From Squalus acanthias (Eukaryota): a stretch of 64,000 nt of DNA. Under the pieces are notes generated by a model that did not search any database, was not told the DNA's origin, and was given only the letters and a program-made list of their open reading frames with translations. Both the position numbers and the translations under genes were made by a program. Of the stretch, positions 1 through 12,809 are shown one piece after another; position 1 is the first letter of the stretch; each line of letters begins with the position of its first letter. The stretch covers positions 138,634,001 through 138,698,000 of the forward strand of contig CM059432.1 in NCBI GenBank assembly GCA_030390025.1, written 5' to 3'.

Positions 1-34
1 TTCTGTCCTAAATGGCTTACCCCTTATCCTTAGA

Positions 35-290
35 ATTTTAACCCCTACTCACTCAGCAGAAACCTGGCGGGTGGAATCGCCCTGGCTCTTACCTGTCTGA
101 AAACCGCCATGATGGCAACATCTGCAATTTTAACCTGCTCTCCTGAGCCGGCAGCAAGGACACGCGTCCGGAGCCAACACATGGTCCTTCTAACCATAGG
201 CATGTTGCGGCCCGATGACATCATTGAGACCCGGCTATAATTTTAACTCAGGCCTGAGCGGGGAATCCACCTGGAGTTAAAATCAGGGCC
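35..290. mobile_element. Truncated PIF/Harbinger-like MITE
   Basis: The right end ...ttaaaatcagggcc resembles the GGC/GGG..GATTTT TIRs of the other MITEs here; the left end is cut by CR1 sequence. Confidence 0.45.
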
Positions 291-619
291 ATTCAACAGT
301 GGGCAAATAAGAACTTAAGAAATAGGAGCAGGAGTAGGCCATTCGGCCCCTCGAGCCTGCTTTGTCCAGTGTAATATTAAATTACACCGACAAGTAGATC
401 CCAGGTTTAATTCCTGGTCTGTGCTTACGGGGAAAAAAAAATGAAAAGCTTTGCACATATTTTATTGTAAAAAGTACTTACTTATATTGTGCCTAAATTT
501 CAAGGTGTTTCTTTTCTCTGGGTTTCCCAACACCATGCATCATTCTCTGTAACTGGAAGAATAGAATAGACAGAAGATTTGCTTCCAAGGCCTCTGTTTT
601 CCCCTTTCCTGTCACGCTC

Positions 620-950
620 ACAACAACAACTTGCATTTATAGAGTGCCTTTAATGTAGTACAACATCCCAAGGCACTTCACAGGAGCGTTATCAGACAAA
701 ATTTGACACTGAGCCACTTCAAGAGATATTCGGACAGGTGGCCAAAAGCTTGGTCAAAAAGCATCTTAAAGGAGGAGAGGGAGGTAGAGAGACAGAAAGG
801 TTTCGGGGGGGGGGGGGGTGGAATTCCAGAGCTTAGGGCCGAGGCAGCTAATGGACGCCAATGGTGGAGCGATTAAAATCAGGGATGTGCATGAGGCCAG
901 AATTGGAGGAGCGCAGAGATCTCGGAGGGTTGTAGGGCTGGAGGAGAGTT
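620..950 (-). mobile_element. L2 LINE 3' fragment
   Basis: (caa)n tail followed by ttgcatttatatagcgcc... body shared with the copy at 18352-19303. Confidence 0.8.
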
Positions 951-1160
951 ACATTTAGACACTTGCCTATTCTTCTGTGCTATAATCCACTTTCACTCCA
1001 GCGCTGAATCCAGCATTGCTGGCTGAGCTTGCAAAGATTTGCGTTTGCACGGCTCTGTAATATCAATAAATTGAAAGTGCCCGCTAGTAACGTAGCTACT
1101 CCCCATACCGTGAGCTCTCGACATCGGTCATGCCATCATGGGGAGAGGCAGAGCGGAGAT

Positions 1161-1556
1161 AAAATTGCAGGGAGGGTCATTATCACATTGTTGTTTGTGG
1201 GAACTTGCTGTGCACAAATTGGCTGCTGTGTTTCCTACATTACAACAGTTCAGATGTACTGAATTGGCTGTAAAGCGCTTTGGGACATCCTGAGGTCCTG
1301 AAAGGTGCTATATAAATACAACTTCTTTGTTTTTTCTTTGATACCTTGCACAATGACACTGTGCTGCCGGGCAGCATTAAGTTGAGACAAGCCAAAACAA
1401 AAGGGAATTGTGGCCAGGTGTGCTTTGGCAAATCCTTCAGCAGGGAGGAGAACACAGCAGATTTGGAATGTACAATTAATCTACGATATAGACTTTTATA
1501 CTTATAAAACAGACCCTCATCTCGAACACCAGCGCGACTATTCCCTGGCACCAAAC
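1161..1556 (+). repeat. Local direct duplication, copy 1 (SINE 3' end plus unique flank)
   Basis: Nearly identical to 4931-5337; this copy has a ~10-bp deletion in the SINE part. Confidence 0.9.
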
Positions 1557-1829
1557 CAGCTTTCCCCTCTCCGCACGGCACTCTTCCTTCAAGAATGCCT
1601 AGTACGGTAATGCAGTTTAATTTTGGAGGGATGGGACAGATAAATCCCCATTTGCTTAACGCCACAAGTGGGAGCAATGATACGGTAGGATTTTATGATG
1701 CTGTGCCTTTGGCCCAGTGCTGCTGATGATGTGCATTGTAATGAAATGGATGGTGGTTGTTGTTGTTACTGGAAAACGTCACAGAGGTTTGGGCTGAGCA
1801 GATTGTAAGGAAAGAGAAGAGGGAGAAGT

Positions 1830-2222
1830 GAAGGCTGAGGGGTGATCTAATAGACATCTGTAACATTATGAAGGGGTTCGATAGGGTTAGACGTAGAGAA
1901 GATGTTTCCACTTGTGGGGGAGACCAAAACTAGGGGCCATAAATATAAGATAATCACCAATAAATCCAATAGGGAATTCGGGAGAAACTTCTTTACCCAG
2001 AGAGTGGTTAGAAGGTGGAACTCGCTACCGCAGGGAGTAGTTGAGGCGACTAGCATAGATGCGTTTAAGGGGAAGCTAGATAAACACATGAGGGAGAAAG
2101 GAACAGAAGGACATGCTGATAGAGTTAGATGAAGAGGGGTGGGAAGAGGCTGGTGTGGAACAGGAACGCCTGCATAGACCAGTTGAGCCGAAAGGCCTGT
2201 TTCTGTGTGTAGACTCTGTGTA
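1830..2222 (+). mobile_element. CR1/HER1 LINE 3' fragment
   Basis: ORF 1902-2132 (TRGHKYK...FFTQRVV..WNSLP) is the CR1 ORF2 C-terminus. Confidence 0.85.
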
Positions 2223-2602
2223 ATTCACAATGTCCTATGGGCCTTGGGTGTTGACCCAAGTTTCTAAAAAGAAAACTAACAGGACCTTGGAGCATTTGAT
2301 ATCGACACTGGATGCCTGATATGGCAGTGATCCACTCCCCACCATTAATGTCTCGTACCTCGATGAGTGCAATAAACAGCATAAGAGCTCTTGTTCCCAA
2401 ATAGGCAGAGGTCCTGAATGGCATCCATGCTGTTTCTAAACCAACGTTTCTACTTTCACAAAGGAACCCTAGCCGGGGTAATGGTCATTTTAAGTACTGG
2501 TGTCACCTGCGGTCATTTCTACTATTGCTACAGCACAATAAAGATGAACTTAAATTCAGTTACACATGCTGCCAAATGAATCTTTAAAAAGTTATGTATT
2601 AA

Positions 2603-3095
2603 CATTGGAACAGGAGTAGGCCATTCAACCCCTCGTTCCTGTTCTGCCATTCAATTAGATCATGGCTGATCTGCATATCCACTCCATTTACCCGCCTTGG
2701 CTCCATAACCTTTAACACCCTTGCCTATCAAAAATCTATCAATCACAGTTCTGAAATTTTCAATTGGCCCACAGTCTCAACAGCTTTTGGACGGAGAGAG
2801 TTTCAGATTTCCACTCCCCTATGTGTGAAGAAATGCTTCCTGACATCACCCCTGAACGGCCTTGCTCTAATTTTAAGGTTATGCCCCCTTGTTCTGGACT
2901 CCCCCCACCAGAGGAAATAGTTTCTCTTCATCTACCCTGTCAACTCCTTTAATCATCTTAAACACCTCAATTAGATCACCCCTTAATCTTCTATACTCAA
3001 GGGAATACAAAGCCTAGTCTATGCAACCTATCCTCATAATTTAACCCTTTTAGCCCAGGTATCATTCTGGTGAACCTGCGCTGCACCCCTCCAAG
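2603..3095 (-). mobile_element. CR1/HER1 LINE 3' fragment
   Basis: gaacaggagtaggccattc tail and ORF2 C-terminal sequence on the minus strand. Confidence 0.8.
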
Positions 3096-3289
3096 GGACT
3101 GTTATTATACACACACTGAGCATTAGTTAAATCTTAGCCAATTGTTTTTCAGCAGCTTGTTACTTTAATGAGGATTCTTGTAAATATATAAAAATGGTGC
3201 TACTTAAAGTGCCCACTTTCCCTTCCTCTGACATTGAAAGTAGGGAGGTTAATTCTCATGACTCCCGAATTTAATTGAATTTAATTTAA

Positions 3290-3560
3290 AATAATTGACA
3301 AAAGAGCCAGAGGTGAGCTGAGGAGAAATTTATTTATGCAGCGAGCTATGATGATCTGGAATGCACTGCCTGAAAGGGCGCTGGAAGCAGATTCAATAGT
3401 AAGTTTCAAAAGGGAATTGGATAAATACTTGGAAGGGAAGATAATGTGCAGGTTTATGGGGAAAGAGCCGGGGGGAGTGGGATTAATTGGACAGCTCTTT
3501 CAAAGAGCCGGCACAGGCACGATGGGCTGATTGGCCTCCTCCTGTACTGTAAGATTCTAT
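3290..3560 (+). mobile_element. CR1 3' end; its (attctatg)n tail is split by a MITE
   Basis: WNALPE motif and CR1 3' UTR; the tail resumes at 4322. Confidence 0.75.
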
Positions 3561-4321
3561 GGCCCGTATTTTCCGATGCCTATGGGTGTGAATGCGCTGT
3601 GTACACACCCGTAGGGACATCGGAAATGCTGGTTTCAGGCATGCGAAGCGCATGCGCTGAAAACCGGTATTTCCGATCTGTCAAGAATGCTCTTGACAGA
3701 TCGGACGCCTGCCCTGGAGAAGGGCCTCTGCGGGCGGATAGTTCCGCTTTCTGCAGAACCTCCGCCCGCTGAAAACCCTTAGAAATCTTACGCCAGGTAA
3801 AAGCAGGCGTAAGGCCTGTTTTACCAGCATAAGAGTTGAAAAAAGTAAAAAAAAAAATGTTTCACTCATTTATAATTTAAAAATACTTTAAAAAAAGGTA
3901 AGTTTATTTTTAGCCCCGTAAAAAACTTTAATTATTTTTTTCAAAAAATTACATTTTTGTTTAAAATATTTAATTTAATGTAATTTTAACTCATTTTAAA
4001 AACGTGATGGTTTTTAAAACATTAAATAATTTTTTTTAGTGTCTTTTTGGGGTGATCTCCATTCATATATTTGACAGATCTATCTGTCAAAAGTATGAAG
4101 GGAGATTCCCTTCTCCTATTGGCTGGCCTGGCCCATGTGATCCCAGGGACGCTTGCGAACCGCCTGCGCCTCTGGGATACGTGGGCCCTGCACATTTCGA
4201 CTGTGGAGAGGCCCCAGGAGTGGAAGTGTCCGGACCTCGGGACCCCTCAGGTAAGTTCGTAGATTTTTTTCCGACAGGAGGCATCTGCACGCAGGAAGCC
4301 TCCTATCGGAAATTATGGGCC
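3561..4321. mobile_element. Non-autonomous PIF/Harbinger element (MITE)
   Basis: 17-bp TIR GGCCCGTATTTTCCGAT / ATCGGAAATTATGGGCC (2 mismatches); 3-bp TSD TAT at 3558-3560 and 4322-4324. Confidence 0.85.
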
Positions 4322-4930
4322 TATGATTCTATACATGCACTTCACTGGGTACTGAACAGATTGCACAGTTGCGGTGCTTATATTCTGAGATATGCTCTCA
4401 GCAATTCAGGCCACAATTCGCACTTCACATGATGGTGAAGATCTTCCTTTGCTCTGCTACTTATAATACAAGCCATCAGAAATAGATTTGTCAAAGCACG
4501 TATAAACATCTTCAGGATATTTTGTACAGTTTATGCTGCTACGCTAACATGGCGCGAATTTTAAGAGTTGATTTTTATTCAATTTGAAAAGTGCTTTTTT
4601 TTTAAAGAACAGGCAACATTTCAAAATGAATTCTCGATGTCTCTTTTTGCGTTGCCACAGTTCATTTTATAAACATTCAGTTTACTGCGCTTGTGAACCA
4701 GGATAAAACTGATTATGTGCAACAGTTCTTTTGTGAAAGGGATGCTGCTCATTTCACTGCTAATGTACCAATGGAAGAACCATATTACAGATAGGACTTG
4801 CAAACTGGATAAAGTGAGAGAACACTCACAAGATGTCCTCTGTGAAAAGCGTTGGCAGGACAGTTTGTGAAAATAGAATGCCGTGTACATAAAATCTGTT
4901 TTTTTAAGGGGGGCAATGTTAAGTTTGCCG

Positions 4931-5337
4931 AAAATTGCAGGGAGGGTCATTATCACATTGTTGTTTGTGGGAACTTGCTGTGCACAAATTAGCTGCTGTG
5001 TTTCCTACATTACAACAGTGACTACACTTCAGATGTACTGAATTGGTTGTAAAGCGCTTTGGGACGTCCTGAGGTCCTGAAAGGTGCTATATAAATGCAA
5101 CTTCTTTGTTTTTTCTTTCTGATACCTTTCACAATGACACTGTGCTGCCGCGCAGCATTAAGTTGAGACAAGCCAAAACAAAAGGGAATTGTGGCCAGGT
5201 GTGCTTTGGCAAATCCTTCAGCAGGGAGGAGAACATAGCAGATTTGGAATGTACAATTAATCTACTATATAGACTTTTATACTTATAAAACAGACCCTCA
5301 TTTCGAACACCAGCACGACTATTCCCTGGCACCAAAC
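4931..5337 (+). repeat. Local direct duplication, copy 2
   Basis: aaaattgcagggagggtcatt...ccctggcaccaaac matches 1161-1556. Confidence 0.9.
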
Positions 5338-5534
5338 ATTTCCGCTCCCCAAAGCAATGAAAGCAGGAATGTGGAGACTCACTGGTGTGGCTAGTTGAGA
5401 GGCATATCACGTTAGTGGTTCTAGGGGTGGTACTGTAGGACATGTATTCCCCTCCACGATTAGGCCCCAATCTCCACTATGTTGTTCTGCGAAACCGCGG
5501 AAGGAAAAGGAAGAAAAAAAATCTAAATTGTGGT

Positions 5535-6190
5535 GCAGAAAATAATCAAGAAGGCATTTATTAACTGGAGGGCTAGAATATAAAGGGGAGGAAGTTTTGC
5601 TACAGCTATACAAAGCCCTGGTTAGACCACATCTGGAATACTGTGTACAGTTCTGGGCACCGCACTTTGGAAAGGATATATTGACCTGGGAAGGAGTGCC
5701 GCACAGGTTCACCAGAAAGTTACCAGGGCTTCAAGGGTTAGATTATGAGGAGAGATTACATAAACTAGGCTGGTATTCCCTAGAATATAGAAGATGAAGG
5801 GGTGATTAGATTGAGTTTTTTTTTAGGATTTTGAAAGGAATTGATAGGGCAGATAGAGAGAAACATTTCCTGCTGGTGGGGGAGTCTAGGACAAGGGGAC
5901 ATAACCTTAAAATCAGAGCCAGGCCATTCAGGAGAGAAGTTAGGAAACACTTCTTCACGCAAAGGATGGTAGAAGTCTGGAACTCTCTCTCACAAAAAGC
6001 AGTAGATGCTAGCTCAATTAATCATTTAAAATCTGAGGTAAATAGAGTTTTGCTAGGCAAAAGTATTAAGGGATATGGAGCCAAGGCAGGTGGATGGAAT
6101 TAGTATACAGATCAGCCATGATCTCATTGAATGGCAGAACAGCCTCGAGGGCCTTTTAAAAGGCCTTCTCCTGTTCCTATGTTCCTATGA
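5535..6190 (+). mobile_element. CR1/HER1 LINE 3' fragment
   Basis: LYKALVRPHLEYCVQFWAP motif and (gttcctat)n tail. Confidence 0.85.
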
Positions 6191-6372
6191 TTGAAGAACA
6201 ATAGAGGCAGAAATCTAAAAATAGACTTGCTCCCACCTCCTTGCTCAGGAAATGGTGTATTGTACGGAAAGTTCGAACTAGGGCAAAATAATTCTTAAAA
6301 TATACATTTGTGGCCTTGTTACTGGAGCATTGGACTTGCAACCTGGGGACCCAAGTCTCAATCCTAGTCTTA

Positions 6373-7083
6373 GGGGGGAGAAATTCAGTGGGTTAGCGCC
6401 TCCCGTTAGCACCCCCGGGGGGCGATAATGGGGCGCTAACGACTTACTGCCCGGGCGCGGCGAGATGAACGACTCCCGCTAACTTGGCCGGGAGGTTTGC
6501 GGCGGCGGTAACACTTTGCGCCACGATCTCCAGCGCCCGGAGATTGTGACGTCATTGTCCTGCGCAGCGCGCCCTGGACCCGAACTTCGGTTCCGCCCCC
6601 TGCAGCATCGCCGGGCGACAATATCGACAGCTGCAGGAGGCGTTGTTCGGGAGGCCGGGCGCTTCGGGGGCGGAAGTTAAAGGGCAGGTTGCCGAGGTAA
6701 ATAGGAACATTTCTGAAATTTTTTTTTCAATTCTCCTGGGTCGCGATCGATCAGCCCGGCGCTCTGCTGGAGTACATGGGGGCTGATCGGGCCAGCTGAC
6801 TGGTGCCAATGCAGAGTCTGCAGCGATGGCCCTTCCCTTTAAGGGAGGGAAGGAACCTCGGATCGCGGCAACGCTGCCCGGGACATTGCGCAGCGTTGCA
6901 CCACCGCCTGCCTCCTTTAGCGCTCCAGGAAGGAAGTGGGGCGCTTGATTAGTGCTCCACTTCCTTCCTGGTGCGCTAACACCAAATTTAGAAAAAAGCT
7001 GGGAATCATTAGCGCCTAGCGCTAAGTTTCCCAGCTTTCAAAAGTTACCGCCCCCAAACGGGACGATACCAAATTTCTCCCCC
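6373..7083. mobile_element. Non-autonomous PIF/Harbinger element, family A
   Basis: TIR GGGGGAGAAATT / AATTTCTCCCCC; TSD TTA (6370-6372, 7084-7086); subterminal agcgcc repeats shared with the copies at 14134 and 25103. Confidence 0.85.
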
Positions 7084-8729
7084 TTAGAATCATAGAATGA
7101 TACAGCACAGAAGGAGCATATTCGGCCCATCGTGCCTGTGCCGGTTGACCGATGTTTGTGCTTGGCTTTATCCACCTGACGGTATGCTTCACCAGCTTTC
7201 ACTGGGTTGGTTTTGGAAAGGAAAAAAAAAAATCAGATTATGCGTGAGAGAGGTTCAATCTGGAAGACTCAATTCTACTCCCTTGGCAAGAAAATCAACT
7301 AGAAGTCCTGAGAGTGTTCACAGAACTGACCATGGGTCAGAAAGGCCTCATGAGGATAGCATGGATGGGCGTGAAGAGAAAAATTAAGGAAAAATTAGGA
7401 ATAAAAACGTACGATCGAGTAATATAATGCTGGAACATGCACAATGGGCCGAATGGCCTCCTTCTGTGCTGTATGATTCTAAATGCTTAAATTAGGTTTT
7501 AAAAAAAATCAAGTACTAATATTCCTACATTACAACAGTGACTACATTTTACAAGTACTTCATTAGCTGTAAAGCGCTTTGGGACGTCTTGAGGTCATGA
7601 AATGTACTATAGAAATACAAGTTCTTTCTTTCTAATAAGAGAATGCCGGTTATCAAAATTCAGAATGTCCAGTAGAGTGTTTTGAGCTAGAATCTACACA
7701 TTTATTCGTACACTGTTTTCTTACTTATTTGTATGTTCTGAAGAAACAAAAGATAGACCACCCCAAAAAAAAGGTTGAATATCAAGCTCGCTCACTCAGC
7801 ACAGAAAAAAAAGATCTATTTTTAATTAAAACTCCTAATTCATACAGTACTTCCTGCATAAAAATAAAGGCTCTCATGACTCAAACCTGAATGAAGTACA
7901 CCTGAACCAAGTAAGGCAACCGTCAGCAGTCAGCTGAACGTCTTCTGTTTAGGGCCTGTGTTTAGAAACATCGGACTGTAAAGGCAAAATTATTATCGTA
8001 CAAGAATCCATGTATGTTGCTTTGGAAACCTATGCATTGCGGAATAGTAATAATCTGCTTGAAGCAAATTCAGAGTACAACAGCAGGCTTTGCAAAAATG
8101 AATCTTTGCTTCTCTTCTTTGACATATATTTTTGAAATATGCTGATTGAAGTGACCAGCTTTTATAGGCGAGTCAGAATTGTGCTCGACATTTTGTGAAT
8201 GAATGGGAGTCCTTGGGAAAAGAAAGTGAGGTTGTTTGTGTTTCTGAATGGCTGTTAAACTAGCGGCAATTTTTTTCTACTGGTTTACAAAGACCGTGTT
8301 AATTAAACAAAATTAAAATTAAAATATCAACTCTACCAAATTGGTCAATTATCTCAAAAGATACCCACTAATTTTTGTCAAATTGTGTAAAAAAAAAATC
8401 ACTTAACTTAAAAAAATACAGTAAGTGCTCCTTCCAGTGGGATACCCATTTTGTTTAAGTAGTTTATGAAAAATAATTATAATTCAAAAAACATTGTATA
8501 CATATAAGGGTGTGCACAGAATAATGTGTGCAATCAAGGAGGCAAGACAACTATGGACAATCAGAAGGATATTGCTTCTTCATGACCTAAATACTCAGTT
8601 TATATGTGAAACATACTGTGTGATGTGTTAATGATCCTTTGCACACTAAGTACAAAATTAGATAGCAATATTTATTGAAATTCTAATGTTGCTATAATTA
8701 CGTTGGTATTCTGCGACAAAGAAAAGCTG

Positions 8730-8815
8730 TGTATGTGTGTGTGAGAGAGAGAGAGAGTGAGACAGACAGACAGACAGACAGATAGATAGATAGAAAGAGA
8801 GAGAGAGAAACAGAG
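8730..8815. repeat. Compound microsatellite (TG)n(AG)n(ACAG)n(ATAG)n
   Basis: Read directly from the sequence. Confidence 0.9.
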
Positions 8816-9910
8816 ATGTGAGGGCCAACGTCTACTTTTCTCCTAACGGCCGATGCATTTAAACCTGAATAGGCTCTTTAAATGTTAAATTTCAAAACAA
8901 ATTTTTTATTATCCACGTTAAATTTTAAATCATATGGGGAATGTTGATTTTAATGGAAAAATTGCTTTGTGCCGACTTTTGTAGAATAAAAATCCATGGA
9001 GTAAGGCTTCAGTTTGGCACCTGCACCAGAACATTCTTGATGAAGCAAAGGTTGTCTTCATTAAGAGCATTAATATTCATGCAGCATGGTAATTTTGACA
9101 CAGAAAAGGTCTCTGTAACCTTTTCTTGTGTTAGAATTTTTTACTTCTCAAGGAAATTACAGTCCAGCAATGACTTAATTAATGCTAGGTTTCTTCAGGA
9201 GGTTTTTGAGGACCTGTCAGTTTTGGTCTTGCAGTAGCTGTCAAACAGAGAGAAGATTCAGGCTGGGCAGGTTGAAGGAGGGGAGATGAGACGCTCATCA
9301 AAAAAATCCTCACGCTACAGAACACTTGATACCTCCCACAAATTCTTTAATTTGGTAACCAGCCGTTCTATTATAGAGCATCACTTCAGATCCCTTTGTC
9401 ATTAATGAATCACTCAGAAATTGATCGCGTGCAAGGCTAGAACTACACTTTTGAGTTCCCATTCCTGTAAGAGCCAAAAGCAACAACGGCGAGTTATTTT
9501 CAGGGCAGGGGGGCGGGGGTGGGGGGAGAAACACAAAATGATGACGATTTATGTATCTGACTCGCGCTAATTTAGCAGCCGTGATACCAGATATTTGGGA
9601 GGAAGGGCTTCGATGCCAGCAACAGGAGGCTTCTGATTAGTGCAGGTACACGCAGCAGTAAGGTTCTGCCCGCAAATGCGTAGCCATTACTCAAGAAGCC
9701 ACTGCGACTGTATCAAGCACCTTAGAAGCTGGTACACGCACAGTTTCTGTAATTAACAGCATTGCAGAGCTCAACATAACAGGTATCCTAACCATAAGTG
9801 ACCTTTAACTAATCCATGGCCTCAGACACATTTCAATTTCCCTTCAAAAGACGGAGCCTAACTATAATAACGTGCTGTTATAAAGAATTAATGAAGGAAC
9901 ATTGGGGGAA

Positions 9911-9913
<3 letters not shown>

Positions 9914-9943
<30 letters not shown>
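9914..9943. repeat. (TA)n microsatellite
   Basis: Read directly from the sequence. Confidence 0.95.
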
Positions 9944-9945
<2 letters not shown>

Positions 9946-11447
9946 GATGTTTTCAGATTTCTCATCACCTTCTCTTTCATATCAATGTTTTCTCATATCT
10001 ATATATATATATTTGAAAAGAAGAGTTTGTCAAACAAAAAATAGTATGCGGACTGTAAGATGGCATGCTCTAACTTCTTGACATTAAAAAATGTGAAGCT
10101 ATAGCAGCAATTCCTTTATCGTGTCCCTTAAAAATAGCAATTTGAGAAAGCGCTTGTAACACAATATGGAAGGTGGTGTATTTTACTGATAATGTATGGA
10201 TGACAGATAGTTTTACAGTAAGAGGTTCAGCACTGCCTTGCCAACAGTGTAATAAATTGTTAGCGGAGAAAGGGTAGCATGAAATCCTCTTCTCCCTCCT
10301 AGCCAAGCAGCCATAGTGCAGTAATTACACTGTGTGAAAATATGGGATTAATTAGAGTGGTACACTAACATGCTATAGCCTCATTAAAAGCTGAGCAGGA
10401 TTGCTATATAAACTGCCACTCCAAGGACTACTGCTAATGTGAAAAGACAAAGTTTTTTTTCTCATACTCCTTTTGCTGATTATCTTACTTAAGGCCACTT
10501 ACGACATTTCCCAAAGGTAGTTTGGTATATAGACCCCCGCCCCCGCCCCACCACCACCACATCATTATTTCATCAGCCTGCGGGGGAAAAAAAAACCCCA
10601 AAACACCATCGTTTCCCTGAAACTCTCGCCTTGCTCCCCTCCCCCCCCCTTCAGCTTCACGGTTAATCCCGCCGCGTTAAGATAAAATAGCCGTTGAAAG
10701 CCCACAGGCGGAAGGATGACTGTTCACTTTTGATGCAGTCCTCTGAGAGAAGGGCTTTTGCGGGTGATGTGATTTTCTTTTTTTTTTGGTATGCAACCGT
10801 CTGAAATGAAGTTGCTACGATTGTAGTGCTCGCTGTATTTTCACTGACATCCCCCTTCAGGGATTGCTATGGGGATCGCCAGCAACCCACCAATCTTGCC
10901 TCTGGATCATGGATCAAAATGACATTCGGTCAGTATCAGCAGATTATGAACTCTGGAGTCCGACACCACCGCATTGTTCTTCTATCTAAATATGAACAAT
11001 AAGGCGCAACAAATCCTCCGCTGACAGGTTATTCTCCCTTATCATTTTTCCTTGTCTGTGCTGCTCAGTTTCTGTTTCTTTACACCAGTCCTGTATGTTA
11101 TTATCAAGACTGAGGAGCAGCGATAAATCACAGCTATTTGCCTCATCGCCATGTGGGTCACTTTCCCTTCAATGGGAAGCGGTGTCTGTCGTCCATGCTA
11201 ACGTCTGCAACGTCTGCAACAGGCCCCAAATAGCTGAAGAAATAGTTCAGCGTTTTCAGAGCGAAATGAGGGGGGGAAAAAAAGGTCAAACAAATGTTTG
11301 GCTGCAATAGCAATTCAACTGCAAAAATCTAAATAGAGAAGAGAATTTAATTTCTCAATCCAGCTTTTTAAAAATAAAGCGAATTGAGAATAATCTCCCT
11401 TTTGCATAAAAGTAAAAATGTATGCATTCAACAAAAACTTGCATTTA

Positions 11448-11775
11448 TATAGCGCCTTTAATGTAGCAAAATGTCCCAAGGCGCTTCACAGGAGCGATTA
11501 TCAAACAAAATTTGACACTGAGCCACAAAAGGAGATATTAGGACAGGTGACCAAAAGCTTGGTAGGTTTTAAGGAGCGTCTCAAAGGAGGAGAGAAACAT
11601 GTAGGGAAGCGGAGAGGTTTAGGAAGGGAATTTCAGACCTTAGGGCCTAGGCAGCTGAAAGCACGGCCGCCAACGGCGGAGCGATTAAAATCGGGGATGC
11701 TCAAGAGGCCAGAATTGGAGGAGCGCAGAGATCTCGGAGGGTTGCAGAGCTGGAAGAGGTTACAGAGATAGGGAG
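11448..11775 (-). mobile_element. L2 LINE 3' fragment
   Basis: Same family as 620-950 and 18352-19303. Confidence 0.8.
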
Positions 11776-11842
11776 TCTATGTAAACAACAAAGACGACAC
11801 CTCAGCACTTCACTCTACCGCAAGCCCACGGACAACCTCACG

Positions 11843-12724
11843 ATGCTCCACTTCTCCAGCTTCCACCCTAACCATGTTAAAGAAGCCATCCCCTATGGAC
11901 AAGCCCTGCGAATACACAGGATCTGCTCAGACGAGGAGGAACGCGATGGACACCTACGGACGCTGAAAAACGCCCTCGTAAGAACGGGATATGACGCTCG
12001 ACTCATCGATCGACAGTTCCAACGGGCCACAGCGAAAAATCGCATAGACCTCCTCAGAAGGCAAACACGGGACACAACCAACAGGGTACCCTACGTCGTC
12101 CAGTACTTCCCCGGAGCGGAGAAACTACGCCATGTTCTTCGCAGCCTTCAACATGTCATCGATGACGACAAACACCTCGCTAAGGCCATCCCCACGCCTC
12201 CACTACTTGCCTTCAAACAGCCGCCTAACCTCAGAAGTACCATCGTTCGCAGCAAATTACCCAGCTTTCAGGATAACAGCGACCACGACACCACACAACC
12301 CTGCCACGGCAAACTCTGCAAGACATGCCAGATCATCAACACAGATACCACCATCACACGTGAGGACACTAACCACCAGGTACATGGTACATACTCATGT
12401 GACTCGGCCAACGTTGTCTACCTCATACGTTGCAGGAAAGAATGCACCGCGGCATGGTACATCGGCGAGACCATGCAGACACTGAGACAACGTATGAACG
12501 AGCACCGCGCAACAATCGCCAGGCAGGATTGTTACCTCCCAGTCGGGGAACACTTCAGCAGTCAAGGACATTCAGCCTCGGATCTGCGGGTAAGCGTTCT
12601 CCAAGGCAACCTTAGAAACACACGACAACGCAAAATCATCGAGCAGAAACTGATAGCCAAGTTCCGCACTCATGAAGATGGTCTCAACCGGGATCTTGGG
12701 TTTATGTCACGATACATGACGTGA
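11843..12724 (+). CDS. Penelope-like RT C-terminus / GIY-YIG endonuclease (uninterrupted partial ORF)
   Basis: 293-aa open frame with a GIY-YIG signature; the N-terminal RT is missing because of 5' truncation. Confidence 0.75.
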   Translation: MLHFSSFHPNHVKEAIPYGQALRIHRICSDEEERDGHLRTLKNALVRTGYDARLIDRQFQRATAKNRIDLLRRQTRDTTNRVPYVVQYFPGAEKLRHVLRSLQHVIDDDKHLAKAIPTPPLLAFKQPPNLRSTIVRSKLPSFQDNSDHDTTQPCHGKLCKTCQIINTDTTITREDTNHQVHGTYSCDSANVVYLIRCRKECTAAWYIGETMQTLRQRMNEHRATIARQDCYLPVGEHFSSQGHSASDLRVSVLQGNLRNTRQRKIIEQKLIAKFRTHEDGLNRDLGFMSRYMT

Positions 12725-12763
12725 TCCGGACTCGAGTCGTCGTTGGCTTGTTCACAGATGTGA

Positions 12764-12809
12764 TTCCCAGTAAAAAAGTAAAAATTTTCCCAGTAAAAAA
12801 GTAAAAATT
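12764..12809 (+). repeat. 23-bp tandem duplication in the Penelope 3' UTR
   Basis: (ttcccagtaaaaaagtaaaaatt)x2. Confidence 0.9.
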
